This document shows positions 38,881 through 52,300 of a stretch of 64,000 nt of DNA, one piece after another. Location: NCBI GenBank assembly GCA_034780895.1, contig JAUZTB010000001.1:52644749-52708748 (forward strand), in the 5' to 3' direction. Each line of letters opens with the position of its first letter. Within the stretch, counting starts at the first letter, position 1. Below the pieces are notes generated by a model. It did not search any database. It was not told the DNA's origin and saw nothing but the letters and a program-made list of their open reading frames with translations. The DNA comes from Rhynchobatus australiae (Eukaryota). Position numbers and translations under genes: made by a program.

Positions 38881-41800
38881 GCTGTATCCAAAAACACTAT
38901 TTAGAAGGGCGTAATATCCTACATAATTTCAGCAATCAGGTTGAAAGGGCTTTGGCTGCTCTTAAAGTTAATGAGCACTGGGAATGAGCAAAGCTGTTTC
39001 CTCTTATCTTCCTATTAATACACCTATAATTTGTTATCTTCTGAGTGCTCCTTTTTTACCATACTAATTAATCTATCCTGATATATTGACTCTTAGTGTA
39101 TGCATAATAAAGTAACTTTCATTGTCAACTCTCAAGAAGATATCAATTGGAGAACCATTTCTTATGAGCTTCAATGGTATGTATTTTTGTACAATGTGAG
39201 AAACAATATTTATGAACTACACTGGCATACTCTGAGTGAGCCAGATGGCTTCCTGTGTTGTAGGAAATTCTAGGATTTGGAGTGCAGTTTGATAAATTAT
39301 TTGATTTNNNNNNNNNATGAAAGAATGTTTCTTTTTCTTTCAGTGAAAACCAAGTTTTTATATATGCTGATGTAGATTTAATTAGCTGACATAGTTTAAC
39401 AAAATTTATTTTCACTAGATAGTGGTGTTTTCACATACAGAATTGGTAGTACACAACAGGTCAAGCAGTATCAACGAGGAGAGAAACAGAAATCAGTACT
39501 GGAAAAGTGTAAAAAAAAGCAAGCATGTTAAGTTGCAGAGATGGGGAGGAGTGGAGAGAACATTGTCTGTGAGAGGATGCAAACCAAAGTTATCACACTA
39601 ACAAGCCAAAGTTATCAAGGTAACTGAGGATAGAGAAAAGAAACAAATTGACACAGGGTGGTTCAGCCACATCGGTGAAATGAGAAAAAAAAGTGGTTAT
39701 CTGAAATTGTTTAATTCAATATTAATTATCAAGGTCTTCAATGGAAAATGAGATGCTATATCTCAAATTTACATTGGGCATTGTTGGAGCAATGTAGGAG
39801 GTTGAAGACAGAGGACAGAGTGGGGATGGAGTGGAGGATTAAAGTGACAGGCGACTGGAAGCTCTGGGTTATCCATGCAGACTATTATAATACAACTTTA
39901 AACATTTGCATTCAGTTAATGTGAGACCAACTCAAACCGATCACAAAATGAAATTTAAAATCAAGTAATGTATCCAATGCTGAATCCTTCACATGTTTGA
40001 GATCACAATCATAAGTAGTTTATCCAGGTCTATGTGGCTGCAAGAGCAGGACGGGGAGTCATCTGTGGCCTTTCAAAATCTTTTCTCCATTGTGTAGGAA
40101 GTGTCATGAAGTAATTGCTGTTCATTTGAATGGGTGCAGCTGTAACTAAGAGATTTGACACCATCTAAAATAGAGTACCCCACTTTATCATTTCTGGTAC
40201 AAAACTTGTTATTCATCATTCCCCCAACAAATGCATATTGAATACTGAATGAGATTCACTACTGCCACTCACCCAAATATAGAGATACAGAGGACTGCAG
40301 ATGCTGGATGAACTCCACAAATCAAGCAGCATCTGTGGGAGGAAAGGAATTGATGCAGCATTTCGACCTGAAATGCCAACAATTCCTTTCCTCCCACAGT
40401 TGCTGCTTGACCTGCTGAGTTCCTCCAGCAGATTGCTTGTTGCTCATCCAGGTATGTTTTGATAGCATCTCCCAAATCTGCAAACATAGCGCCATGGACA
40501 AGAATGTAGTGGTATGGGAATGCTAGTCCATCCCTTCCAAGATCAACTCCAAATCACAAACTATTTCTGGCTGACACATGGAATGGCATTCCTTTATTAC
40601 TGTTGGTCAATATCCTGAAATACACTATCTTAGCCCACCGTAGAAACTACATGCTCATAAGAACTGTAGTAATTCAAGAAAGAGTCTGTTGCCTTCACAA
40701 AACAGCTAGAGGTCAAGGTTAGGTAATAAAAATGTCATACTGTTTTCATCTGGAACAATTATTTTGAAATGGATAGAAAAGTATAGATATTTAAGGTCCT
40801 AGTGTATTTGTTGATATTATTCCATATTTTAATTAAGGATTAATTACTGTGCAATGCACTGTGTAAGAGTTCCCTAACTTTCTTCATAATGTGCCTTGAG
40901 AAGTGGAGGAGTTTATGTCCCATCTGAAAATGGTTTAATCCCTTGTTAGGGAGTTGAAGGAAAAATGCTAAAACCATTAAATCTCTCTGCTTCAAGCATA
41001 TCTCTTCCAACTCCATGTAATTATTTTAAAAATATATAAGTACATAATATTTTGTTAAATATCATAAGAGGCAATTTAGCCCATTGAGTCTATGCTGGTT
41101 TACAGAGCATTCCTATCAATCTCATTCCCCCACTTTTTTCCCTGTAACCTATTTTTTTCCCCACATGTGCCCATTACTGCCCCCAGAATCTCCCATCAAC
41201 TACATATACTAGGGGTATTTTTCAGTAGCCAATTAATCAAACAACCATGTCTTCAGGATGTGGGGGGAGCTCCATATGGCCACAGGAACAACAGACACAA
41301 AACACCAGAAGTCACAATTGAACCTAGTTACACGTCCTGAAGCACCACTGCACCATCTTAAGTGTAATTTGTTTTTGTCCAGAAGTTTATGCTGGAACAC
41401 CGCTTATTTTCCTCTATCTCCTTTCCTTTTGCTGCATCAGACTTTTAAGACCTAAGTTGACCTTGTGGCATTGGCCTTGTAGCTTTTCCTGGCTCTCTCT
41501 CTCTCTATATATACACATATATATAAAATATAAATATAAGTGAGGCTCCAGCTTAAGTATTTCCATGTGTGATTTTCATATCCTCTCTTATCTAAAAGGT
41601 CAAGTGAACTTGATCACAGACTTGCACCAATAATTTCTGAAAGTAGTCACCATAAAGTGTATTTGGAGCCCACAGTGAATCAATGTTACTCATTAACATC
41701 CCCATCATCCCTTTATCTCACTGCCTTACTGATGCATATGGTTTAAAATGTCCCCTTATCTGCTCCCACCCCATCCCCTTCAACATGTTCCACCCTGGAC

Positions 41801-43368
41801 TTTTCTCATTTGATATACCCAAGAAATACCATCTGTAGAGTCTTTGGCCACAGAGCTGTACGTGGTGAGACAACAGGCAAGAGTGGACTATAACTAGATG
41901 AGGCAAAACTAGATGAGTGGCTTATATTACCAGTTCAGCTTAAAGCAAAAACACATACAAGTTGTGTTTTAGAGACTAAGATGAGAATATAAATGGGCAG
42001 TTTATAAGCAAAAGCAGATAAACTTCCACACAATGCGTGGGACATTCTCTAGACTGCACAGAGGTCCAGGGGAGATGTCTAGAAGCATGGAATGGGTAGA
42101 GAGATCTGGTTCATCCTTGCACATGGATTTAAGCAGACCTGAGAGCCAATCCTTCCCAGCATGAAAGTGGTGACCAGCTCCATGTTAATATTCTTGGACC
42201 TATTGTGGTGTAGTATTCAAAAACATAAGTCATGTCCCACTTTGCAACTTAAGCAGAAATCTATCAGTATGTGAGTAATGTACTGGTAGCTCTGATTTCT
42301 ATCATCATAGCTTTGGATTTGATGCAAAGGCTTTGAGGATGTCAGGGTGCTCCAGCTGACATTTACTAAGCTGGTTGCCCTATGGAGGGCAAGTCAATTG
42401 ACCATTCTCATTTCTGCCAATCTGGCAATGCCCTCTCAACTGATCAACATGCAACTGAACCAAACTCCTCATAGCACAAGCCAGAAAGGAAAGTTGGTGA
42501 TTAGGTCGTAGTTTGCAAAAATCGAAGGGCCAAAGATGTTCTATTTTAATCTGAAGAGAATGTAATGATGGCAGAGTTGAAAATGAAGGGTAACAGTACT
42601 AAGGGAGAGGTAACCATTTACAATATCAGCTGGTATGAGGGCTAGGAAGGAAAGTTGCTGGGACAGCAATTGAGTGGGAAGAGGGTAAAGATAATAGGGG
42701 GTAGGTATTGTGCTAAAAATGATTTTAGAAAGGCTATGAGGACACATAGGTGAGAATCTATTGAGTTTACTAATAGAGATACCTAGCGAAACCTTGGGTA
42801 GGAGGGAAAATGGTGAATGGGGGTGGGCAAGGATACAGCTAAATTGACAAAGAATTCTATAGGAACTCATTACATCTGTTGAAGGTAACAATGATAAGAG
42901 CAGAGCAAAATGATGTTAAAAAAAAGGCAGTGAATGGTGAGGAAAAGAAGCTGAAAGTTAGTTCTGTATTCAATGGGTGTGAGCAGTTTTGGCAGAAGAG
43001 AATTGGATTTAGTGAAATCCAGCCGGATATGCTGATGTTAAAGTTGTTATCTGCCACATAAATTCCACAATATTTGTACATAATGGATTAAACTTGATGG
43101 TCACACTAGGAGAAGTGAAGGAAAAAACTATAAATAAACCTATCAATAGTTTTAATTGGCAATAAATAAACTTTTAAAATATTTAAACTCTTTTCCACAA
43201 AGGCCTGCTACAATCTACAGTAAATAGCAAAATAATGGTTGAGGAAATGTATGGGCATTATGGACACACATTAATTTTAAGACCAATGCACTAAAGTGGT
43301 ACCTTTTCTTGCAGGAAGAAACTCATAGAAAGAAGAATCGCGGCGAGTTGGATTCCTTTAAATTAAAA

Positions 43369-46300
43369 ATGGGCAAGCAAAATAATGTGGAAGCCAATTT
43401 GGAAGTGCTGATGAATGCAAGTGCTAACCTTGGAAAATATAATCTGACTGATCTGCAAGAATTACTCGCCACAGCCACCTGCAGCTGGCTTCAGCCCGCT
43501 GAAGAATTTCAGTATCCAGTGGACTTCCCCACTGGATTGTCAAGCCAAATGAAAGATTTCAATCATTCCAATGTTATTGTTCTTGCTCCAGTGGTACCAG
43601 ATGCTCCATTTAATTATAAAGAATTCCAACAAATTCTGAGGGAATTAGTGGTGGGTATTTATGTTATGAATCAAGTTCCATCTATTTATATAGATGGCAA
43701 TTTTGATCACAGTTCCTCATGCCTTTTGTCGCCTGCTTACCATGATACACTAATTGGGCAAATTTTGATAAACGTGGACTACACAATGAAAGCACTTTGG
43801 CATGGAGCCTACATGTCAAAGGAAAAAAGGATGCGCTTTTCAGAACACTGGCGCTCAAAGGAAGATGTCCTTTCCGAATTTCTTAAAGCAGGTAATGAAC
43901 ATTTGCATTTGTTGAATATAATATTTTGCCAAATACTGAAAGATGTGCAGCAGTAGATATGGAAAAATCTATTGCTCGGGATAATCTTTAAAGCATGCAT
44001 ACAATTGTGCAATTAATATTTTAGAAAATACAGAAACATTTTGGTTTACACATATTTCATTCTTAGACAGGCTGGAATTCAGATGAATGTGTGCCCTGGA
44101 AAATTGTTTTGAGGAGCATTAACTTTGAGTTCATAACACATTTACACATAGTAAAAATTCTCACAAAGGCAGATCACAAGAAAGTTATTGTGGAAAACCA
44201 GAGACAGATTATGAAAAATTGGGGTTCACAACAAAGTTGTGGACTGTATTACCACAATAAAATATGAATATATCAAATGCCTTAATATATAGTGACATTA
44301 AATATTTTACACAGTGCATTAATAAATAAAACCTAGCATGCAATATCAAATTTTACCACACACATCTAAATTAAACAACTACTGCAGGAAGATAATTCAG
44401 ACACATGAGTATTTTTAATACATATTTCANNNNNNNNNNNNNNNNNNNNNNNNNNNNNNNNNNNNNNNNNNNNNNNNNNNNNNNNNNNNNNNNNNNNNNN
44501 NNNNNNNNNNNNNNNNNNNNNNNNNNNNNAATACATATTTCACAATGTACCTACACCACAGCAAGTGGTTGTAAGAAAAATATAGGCAATACTGATAGCC
44601 TCAAGCTCAAGTCTTGACCTTAGCTCCACCTTCCTGCTATTCCCTATTGCCCTTGATTCCCCTATAAACTAAAAATCTGTTTACCTCAGCCTTAAGTATA
44701 TCCAGTGATTCAACCATTACAGCTCTTTGGCATAAACAATTCCAAAGATTCAACATCCTTTGAGAAAAGAAATTATTTTGCCGTCTAAATTTCCCCCACA
44801 TTGGAAACATCCTTTTGGTATCTACTTTTTCAGCCCCCCTCAGAATCTTAGATTTTTCAATATGTAAGATTCAATCCTATCAACTCCAATGAGTAGAGGC
44901 CCACCTGCTTAAGCTTTCTTCTTATGTCAACTCTTTTATCTTAGGAATCAAGCAGGTGAACCTTCTCTGAATTGCCTTCATTGCAAATGTATCCCTTCTT
45001 AACAAAGAGATTGAAACTATCTGCAGTACTCCAGTTGTGTTCTCACCAAAAATGTTGCAAGACTTCTCTGCTTTTATACTCAAATGCCTTTGCAATAAAG
45101 GTTAACATTCCACTTGCCTTCCTAATTACTTGATAACTTGCATGGTGACTTTGTGCTTCATGTACAAGGAGCTGAATCTTTTTGTGGATCAGCATTCTAT
45201 GGTCTCTCCCTAAACAGTATTCTGCTTTATATCAACTACCAAAGTGGATAATTTCACATTTCCCTACATTGTAACACCACAGTTTTGCCCATTCACAAAA
45301 ATCCATATCCCTTTGCTGACTCTGTTGTCTTCCAATAATTTACCCTCCCATCTACCTTTGTTTTTTCAGGTCATTTGTCTAAAACACTGTAAATATTAAT
45401 GTATTGCAGTGGCTCAAATCCCATAAGTCATTCTTCAATTTGCCCTCTTATTAACAAATCTGAATACATTTGATAAAACTGATGTTAAATCCATAGTCAT
45501 TGAAAATACTTGACTCTGCAGTTCAGCTACTATTGTATGTTTAACATTCTGTCCCATCAAATTAATGAATTTAATTTCACAAGTATTTGATGAATGGTAA
45601 GAAGGATTACCTTTGCTGTCTTGTACAAATTTAGCCATACGATCAGCTAAAAGTAGATGAAGTTGAGCAATCAACACTGAAGTAAATTGTAAATTGTTGT
45701 CACATGTACCGAGGTACAGTGAAAAACTTTGTTTTGCATGCCATCCATACAGAACATTTAATTACAATAGTGCATTGAGGTAGTATATGGGAAAACAATA
45801 ACAGAATGCAGAATAAAGTGTTACAGTTACAGAGAAAGTACAATGTAGGCAGACAATAAGGTGCAAGGCCATAACGAGGTAGACTGTGAGGTCAAGAGTT
45901 CATCTTATCATGCTAGGGCACCATCCAAAAGTCTTATAACAGCAGGATAGAAGCTGTCCTTGAGCCTGGTAGCAGGTGCTTTCAGGCTTTTATATCTCCT
46001 GCTTGATGGAAGGGGTGAGAAGAGAGAATGTCCAGGGTGGGTGGGGTCTTTGATTATGTTGGCTGCTTTACCGAGGCAGTGAGAAATATAGATAGAGTCC
46101 ATGGAGGGGAGGCTGGTTTCTGTGATGTGCTGGGCTGTGTCCACAACCTTCTGCAGTTTCTTGTTGTTACGGCAGAGCAGTTGCCATACAAAGCCATGAT
46201 ACATCTGGATAGGATTCTTTCTATGGTGCATCGATAAAAATTGGTGAGGGTCAAAGGGGACATACCAAATTTCTTTATCCTCCTGAGGAAGTAGAAGCAC

Positions 46301-49300
46301 TAGTGAGGCTTTCTTGGCTGATATTCACTTCTAGGAACTTGAAACTCTCAACCCTCACAACCTCAGCACCATTGAGGTAGACAGGAGCATGTATATCGAT
46401 TAGCGTAATGCTTTACAGCGCCAGCAACCTGGGTTCAATTCCAGCTGCTGTCTGTAAGGAGTTTGTATGTTCTCCCCGTGTCTGCATGGGTTTCCTCCAG
46501 GTGCTCTGGTTCCCTCCCATGTTCCAAAGACGTACAGGTTAGGAAGTTGTAGGCACACTACATTGGCATAAGAAGCGTGGCGACACTTGTGGACTTCCCC
46601 CAGAACACTATGCAAAAAGATGTATTTCACTGTGTGTTTCGATGTACACATGACTAACAAAAATATCTTATCCTATCAATGACCAACTCTTTTGTTTTGC
46701 TGACTTTGAAGGAAAGGTTGTTGTCATGACACGGTGTCACAAGGCTCTCTATCTCCTTCCTGTGCTCCAATTCATTGTTATTTGAGATTTGGCCCACTCT
46801 GGTGGTATCATCTGTTAACTTCTAGGAGTTGGAGCAGAACCTAGCCATGCAGTCATGAATGTATAGGGAGTAAAGTAGGGGGCTGAGGACACAGCCTTGT
46901 GAGGCACCAGTGTTAAGGATAATTGTGGCGGAGCTGTTGCTGCCTATCCTCACTGATTTCATTCTATTAGGAAGTCAAGGATCCAGTTGCAGAGGGAAGT
47001 GTTGAGTCCCAGGTCCAGGAGTCTAGAAGCCTCCAAGTTTCTATAATGTGATGATCCTAACTGTTCATCATGTCTGTGGAATGCAAGTCCACATTCAATT
47101 AAGAATTTGCTAACTGTTACAACATTTTAAGGGGCATCGTTCTATTGATGGTGTTTTGATTGAAATTGCCATCTTTGTTTTGCATCTACAGTTGACTGTT
47201 GCCTTTACATACTGTATCCATGCCAGTGTACACTTCTGATGTTCCAGGCTTATCTCATTTCTTGATAGGTATTCAGGTTGTTTCCATTTGTTAAATGCTA
47301 TGATGATTGCCTGTGCTTTGGTAGGGAGAAATTAGCAGGAAGACCATTATCATTTCAAATAGATCATGAATAAACAAAACCAGTCCCAAATTCAAGATTC
47401 ACCATTGTGCAGTTGACAAAATATTCAGGTAGCAAACTCATCTTTCCCTCCAATCATCCTAGCAAAAGAAGAGAATATTTCACTGTTTTTGTTTTGACAA
47501 ACTGCTGAATCATTAGCAAAACAAAAAGTGCTGAAACTATTGACAATAATGCTTTAGTTATTTTGTTTCATCTGCACAATTTGGTCCCAGTTCATCTCTT
47601 TCCAGCTGTTCGTGGTCTGTGGTTTCAACCTCATGTTCCAGGCCTATCTTGTGAGAAATAGTCATACAGCACAGAAACGGGCCTTTTGGCTCATGCCGAC
47701 CATCGAGCCCTTCAGCTGCTGCTCCGGTACAGTAGTCTTTAGGTAGGTCTGTGCTCCTTGAACCCAGGTCCTCGTAGCCTGTACATCTATCTGCCCACAA
47801 GGAAGATGGAAGTTTCACGTAAGTGTGTTAGAGGAACAATTTTCAGCTTGGAACACAGTGGGAAAAGCTTTACTGTGTATCTATTTATACAATATGTTAT
47901 GCTGCGATCATGATCAAATTAATAATATGTCTGACAATACCATGTAAATACCAGATGCAAAATAAGTATAAAATGTTATGGAAACTATTAATTAAAATAA
48001 ATCACAATATAAACAAGTCGTATTATAGGTAGTTAAAAGATTTACTTCAACAAAATCTGGGACACTAAACAATGCACATGGACTGAATAACCTCCTTCTG
48101 TACTGTAATTTCTAATAGATTCTATGTTCGAAAAAGATAAAACAAAATAATATTTCTAATTAAGAATTTATTCTTTGTAAAATAGGTCTTATAGATATTT
48201 CAACTGATCCTGACTTTGAAGGAATCTATAGTGCTGATATATGCACTGATCCTACATATGATCCCAACAGCTGTGCAGAAGTGGAGTTATTTATGAAATA
48301 TGTGAACAATGTTTTACTTCAAATCAATCCTTACGTCACAAGTGTTAAGCAGCATCAAAATTTGTTCACATATGATGCAGCTTATGTTCTTAGTAATGCA
48401 GTTAGACTTACAGAAGAAGAAATTGATCTAGTAAAATATCAGAGACTACAGCAGAGACTGACTCTTCACAAGAAGCTTGTTGAGAAGTATTTGATGAGGA
48501 AAGCAGAGATCCACAGAGACATCACCTACCTCAAGTTAATTGCCTTCCTTGTGCCATTTTTTATTGCACTGAAGGGGAAGGGGAAAATTCCAGATTTGAG
48601 CAGACTCCTACCTCCATTTTCTGGTAAGGGTTNNNNNNNNNNACCATTAATATCATGTTTGGTAAATTTGAAAACTTTATACATAACGTTAGAATTGGCG
48701 GGGGGGGGAGGGGGAAGAATATAAATATTAGCACATAGTTTTCAAAAGTAAATCATTAGAACATGTATTTTTAATATTTACTGTCCATTTATTTTATTAA
48801 ATCTCTTTGTTCTACTTCAGCTCCTTCTAGTCATTTATCTCTTACTCTTAGAAAATGGGACAGGCTGCCCAGGACCCAGACCGAAAGAAGTTGCAAGCAA
48901 GCAATCTAGCAAATGTCTCCATATGACGTTTTTTCCAATAACTTTGCCTTCTGTTCTCTACCTTCTGTAGCAGAATAGCTGAGAACAAGAATGTGGACAA
49001 GTCATTGAGTCAAACAGGACAGAATTGGCCCTTCAGCCCACCAAATCCAGGCCAACCATCAAACAGCATTTACACAAAGTCTAATCCCATTTAAATGAGA
49101 AAACTGGCGTTGTACTCCACTGTTCTTACATTACCATTCATATTCTAGCGTATCAGACCAAAATTATATCCCAGCTATATTAGTGAGTTCTTCACCTTTA
49201 CAGCATTGATAATTCTCCTCATTCAAGTTTGATCTAAATAGATAACAAAGTTAAGAAGAAAGTTTTCAAACTTAATTAAATTTCTTCATTGGTTTTATTT

Positions 49301-52300
49301 TAAAAAGGCAGCCTGATGAAATTGCTTCTCAAACAATCTCTCATTAATATCATGAGTCAAAATTGATCCTTTTCTGTTTTTATTCACCAAAAGTTCTAAA
49401 AGTGCTATTGGGTACGTTAAGCTTGTAAACCTCAAATTTGAATGGACCTTCCAAGGCAGAGGGAGGTTGCCCAAATTCCAGAGGGAGAGCAGCTTGTACC
49501 AAACACCATGGTGCCTTGATTATCATGGAATCTCCATTTAGCCAGCACATAGTTATCTGTGAAGGAGCATGTGCACCTAAAACATTAATGTGGAGTCCAT
49601 CATTTACAAGAAAGTATGTTAGGCCCCTCTGAAGTTGTATACACTGATCTCTATTTTCAATGGTTTGTTTGCTTTGGAGACAGTTTCTTTACGCAGACGG
49701 ACAGAAGCCACTCCCCAGAACCTCTGTCACACACCCACCACAACCAGCCTCAATGAGGTAAATTTGCTAGACTTTCTGGAAATGTGCTTGAGGCCACAAT
49801 GATAAAACTGCACTCTTTCTAAATAAGACATACTTATCAAAAATAAAATTTGCATCTCTTGGACTGAAAACAGTGCATAATGGCACAGATGTTTACCAGT
49901 TTTTACATTTAAGGTAACTTTCCANNNNNNNNNNAAGTCCAAATATATTACATCTGCTCATTCAACCTTATTTATTCAGCTGGTTACCAGTGATGTCACA
50001 GTCTGCAGTTGCAGCAATTCAGGTTTGACACTGTGCCAACAGGAAGGAAGTCTGTTTAATTGATTGTCAGCTGTTTGGGCTGCGTCAGCTCAGTGAAAGT
50101 GAAGAAACTCTACTGAAGTGGTGACTGTGATGAATTAGAAGTTGCTATGCATCTGCACAGCACCAAAATTTCAGGCATTAATAACCTCTTAAGCTTCCAA
50201 TTTGGCAGGCAGGAAGTAAACACACACTTGTAACTGTGAATATGTTGCTCATATTGGATTGGTGTTTTCCAGTGGCATCAAGCATTTGGCAGAAAAATTG
50301 TAAACGAATAATTGTTAGTTAAATTACAGTGCAGCACATCTTGTCAGATCCATTCCGAGTTTAATCTGCCCCATTGCCATTTTTTATTCATTTACAAAAT
50401 TTGGGGAAAGGCAAGCGTCAACTATGCATCCCTATTTGCCCCTGAGAAGAGCTACCTTCCTAACACAGCAGAGCCACATAACCCAATTTCTAGACTCAAG
50501 TTCCTCAGTACTTTTGTCATAAGTCAGACCCTTAACACTGGCAGACTTTTAATTCAGGCATGTAACACACCTGCTCCAGTGCGTGAATGTTTCTTTTTAT
50601 TTTGGCAACCACAGTTGAAAGTAATCAAGGTGCAATCTGACTAAATTCTGAGTATGTAATTTTCAAGAACCCAAAGCTTAAAAGTGAAATTGGACAAATT
50701 TTTTAAAATCGGACAACAAGGGTTAATTTCCACATCAATAAATTAAATAAACTCAAATGAGAGAATTTATGATCTTAAAGATGATTTAATATTAATATGG
50801 GTATAGGTAATGTTAAAGCACTACATTAGGTTAAACTCTGGAAGTAAAACAAAACTTATGAAAGGTATATTAAGAACACATATCGGTCATCTTTTTCACT
50901 ATGAGTGATCAATATGTGGAATAAACTTTCTGACAATAGAGGAAAAAAGAATCCTGGAAACATTTAGAAAACAGCTAATTCCCATAATCAAGGTCATTTT
51001 AGAGTTTAACTGAATGAATTAAAATATTCAAAATCATTTTTCAACTGATAATTATTTGATCTTGCAAATGTTACGATTAAGAACTGTTTGCAGTTTGACA
51101 GTTGTAGAATTAAGTAGTTTAGAAGAATGAAGAGCTTTTTTACTTACAAAATTAATTGTCTTTAATTTCATTTAACAATATGAGGAAAATTTAATTTCAA
51201 AACAACAATGTGATATTTCAACATTATTCAGAGGTTTTCTTCACAATCACCATTTGAAGGGTGTGATTGAAGCACTATCACCATTCACGATTTCCCCTTT
51301 CTTTATCACAGATGAAAAGTTAAGAACTGAACGTGAGTTTCCACCCCTTCTTCTGGGCCCAGACTTCAAATGTAGACATTTTCAGTACAAAACAAATGAA
51401 TACTTCCATTTGCATGGTGGAATTGAATTTGACATAGGAACTCCTGCACTTGAGGACATGCCCAGTGCTATAAAGGTACTTCTCTATAGCTATGGTGTCT
51501 TTTCTCTGAATAAAGAAAATAGTTAGAAGCACATGACTGGGAAAATAAGTGCACATATCAAATTTCCTGATACAAGTCCTGCCCAGTTTACGAACACCCA
51601 ACTTATGTACAGTCCCAACATACAAACAAGCATTTGAGAGACCAGCAGGATGGATTTGCTGGCTGCTGCAGGCTGTAAGTGACTGTACTTTACACTAGCT
51701 GGAACTTTGCCATACTGAACCCAAGAAGAATACATTCTAGTTAACATATTGATGTCCATTTCGCGAATCCTATTTAGTGACACACCATCCCGGCCAGCAG
51801 TAGTGTCCTTTTTAAAACCATCAATAGCATTTGAAACCTTGTCTGCATTAAAATCTTTTGAAAGAATATTATTATCAGCCCAATATAAGCTTGGGCTAAA
51901 TTTGTTCATATCAACTTTATTATTAAGAATGGCAAAATGAGATTTAAAATGCTTCCCTAGACTATTCCTATGGTATAACTGACCTCTGCAGGCATCCACT
52001 GCCATGTGGGAACTCAGTTCTCAGCCACATTTCTGACTTGCGAACTGTTTGGGTTATGAACAGTTCTCAGGAGCAGAACCCTGCTGTAACCGGGAGGACC
52101 TGTANNNNNNNNNNNNNNNNNNNNNNNNNNNNNNNNNNNNNNNNNNNNNNNNNNNNNNNNNNNNNNNNNNNNNNNNNNNNNNNNNNNNNNNNNNNNNNNN
52201 NNNNNNNNNNNNNNNNNNGCTCCAAAAGGATTAGAGGAGAGGGTGAGGAAAGTTATCCCAATCCCAATTGCTGTTCACTGGTCCTTGCTGAGATTCTGTA

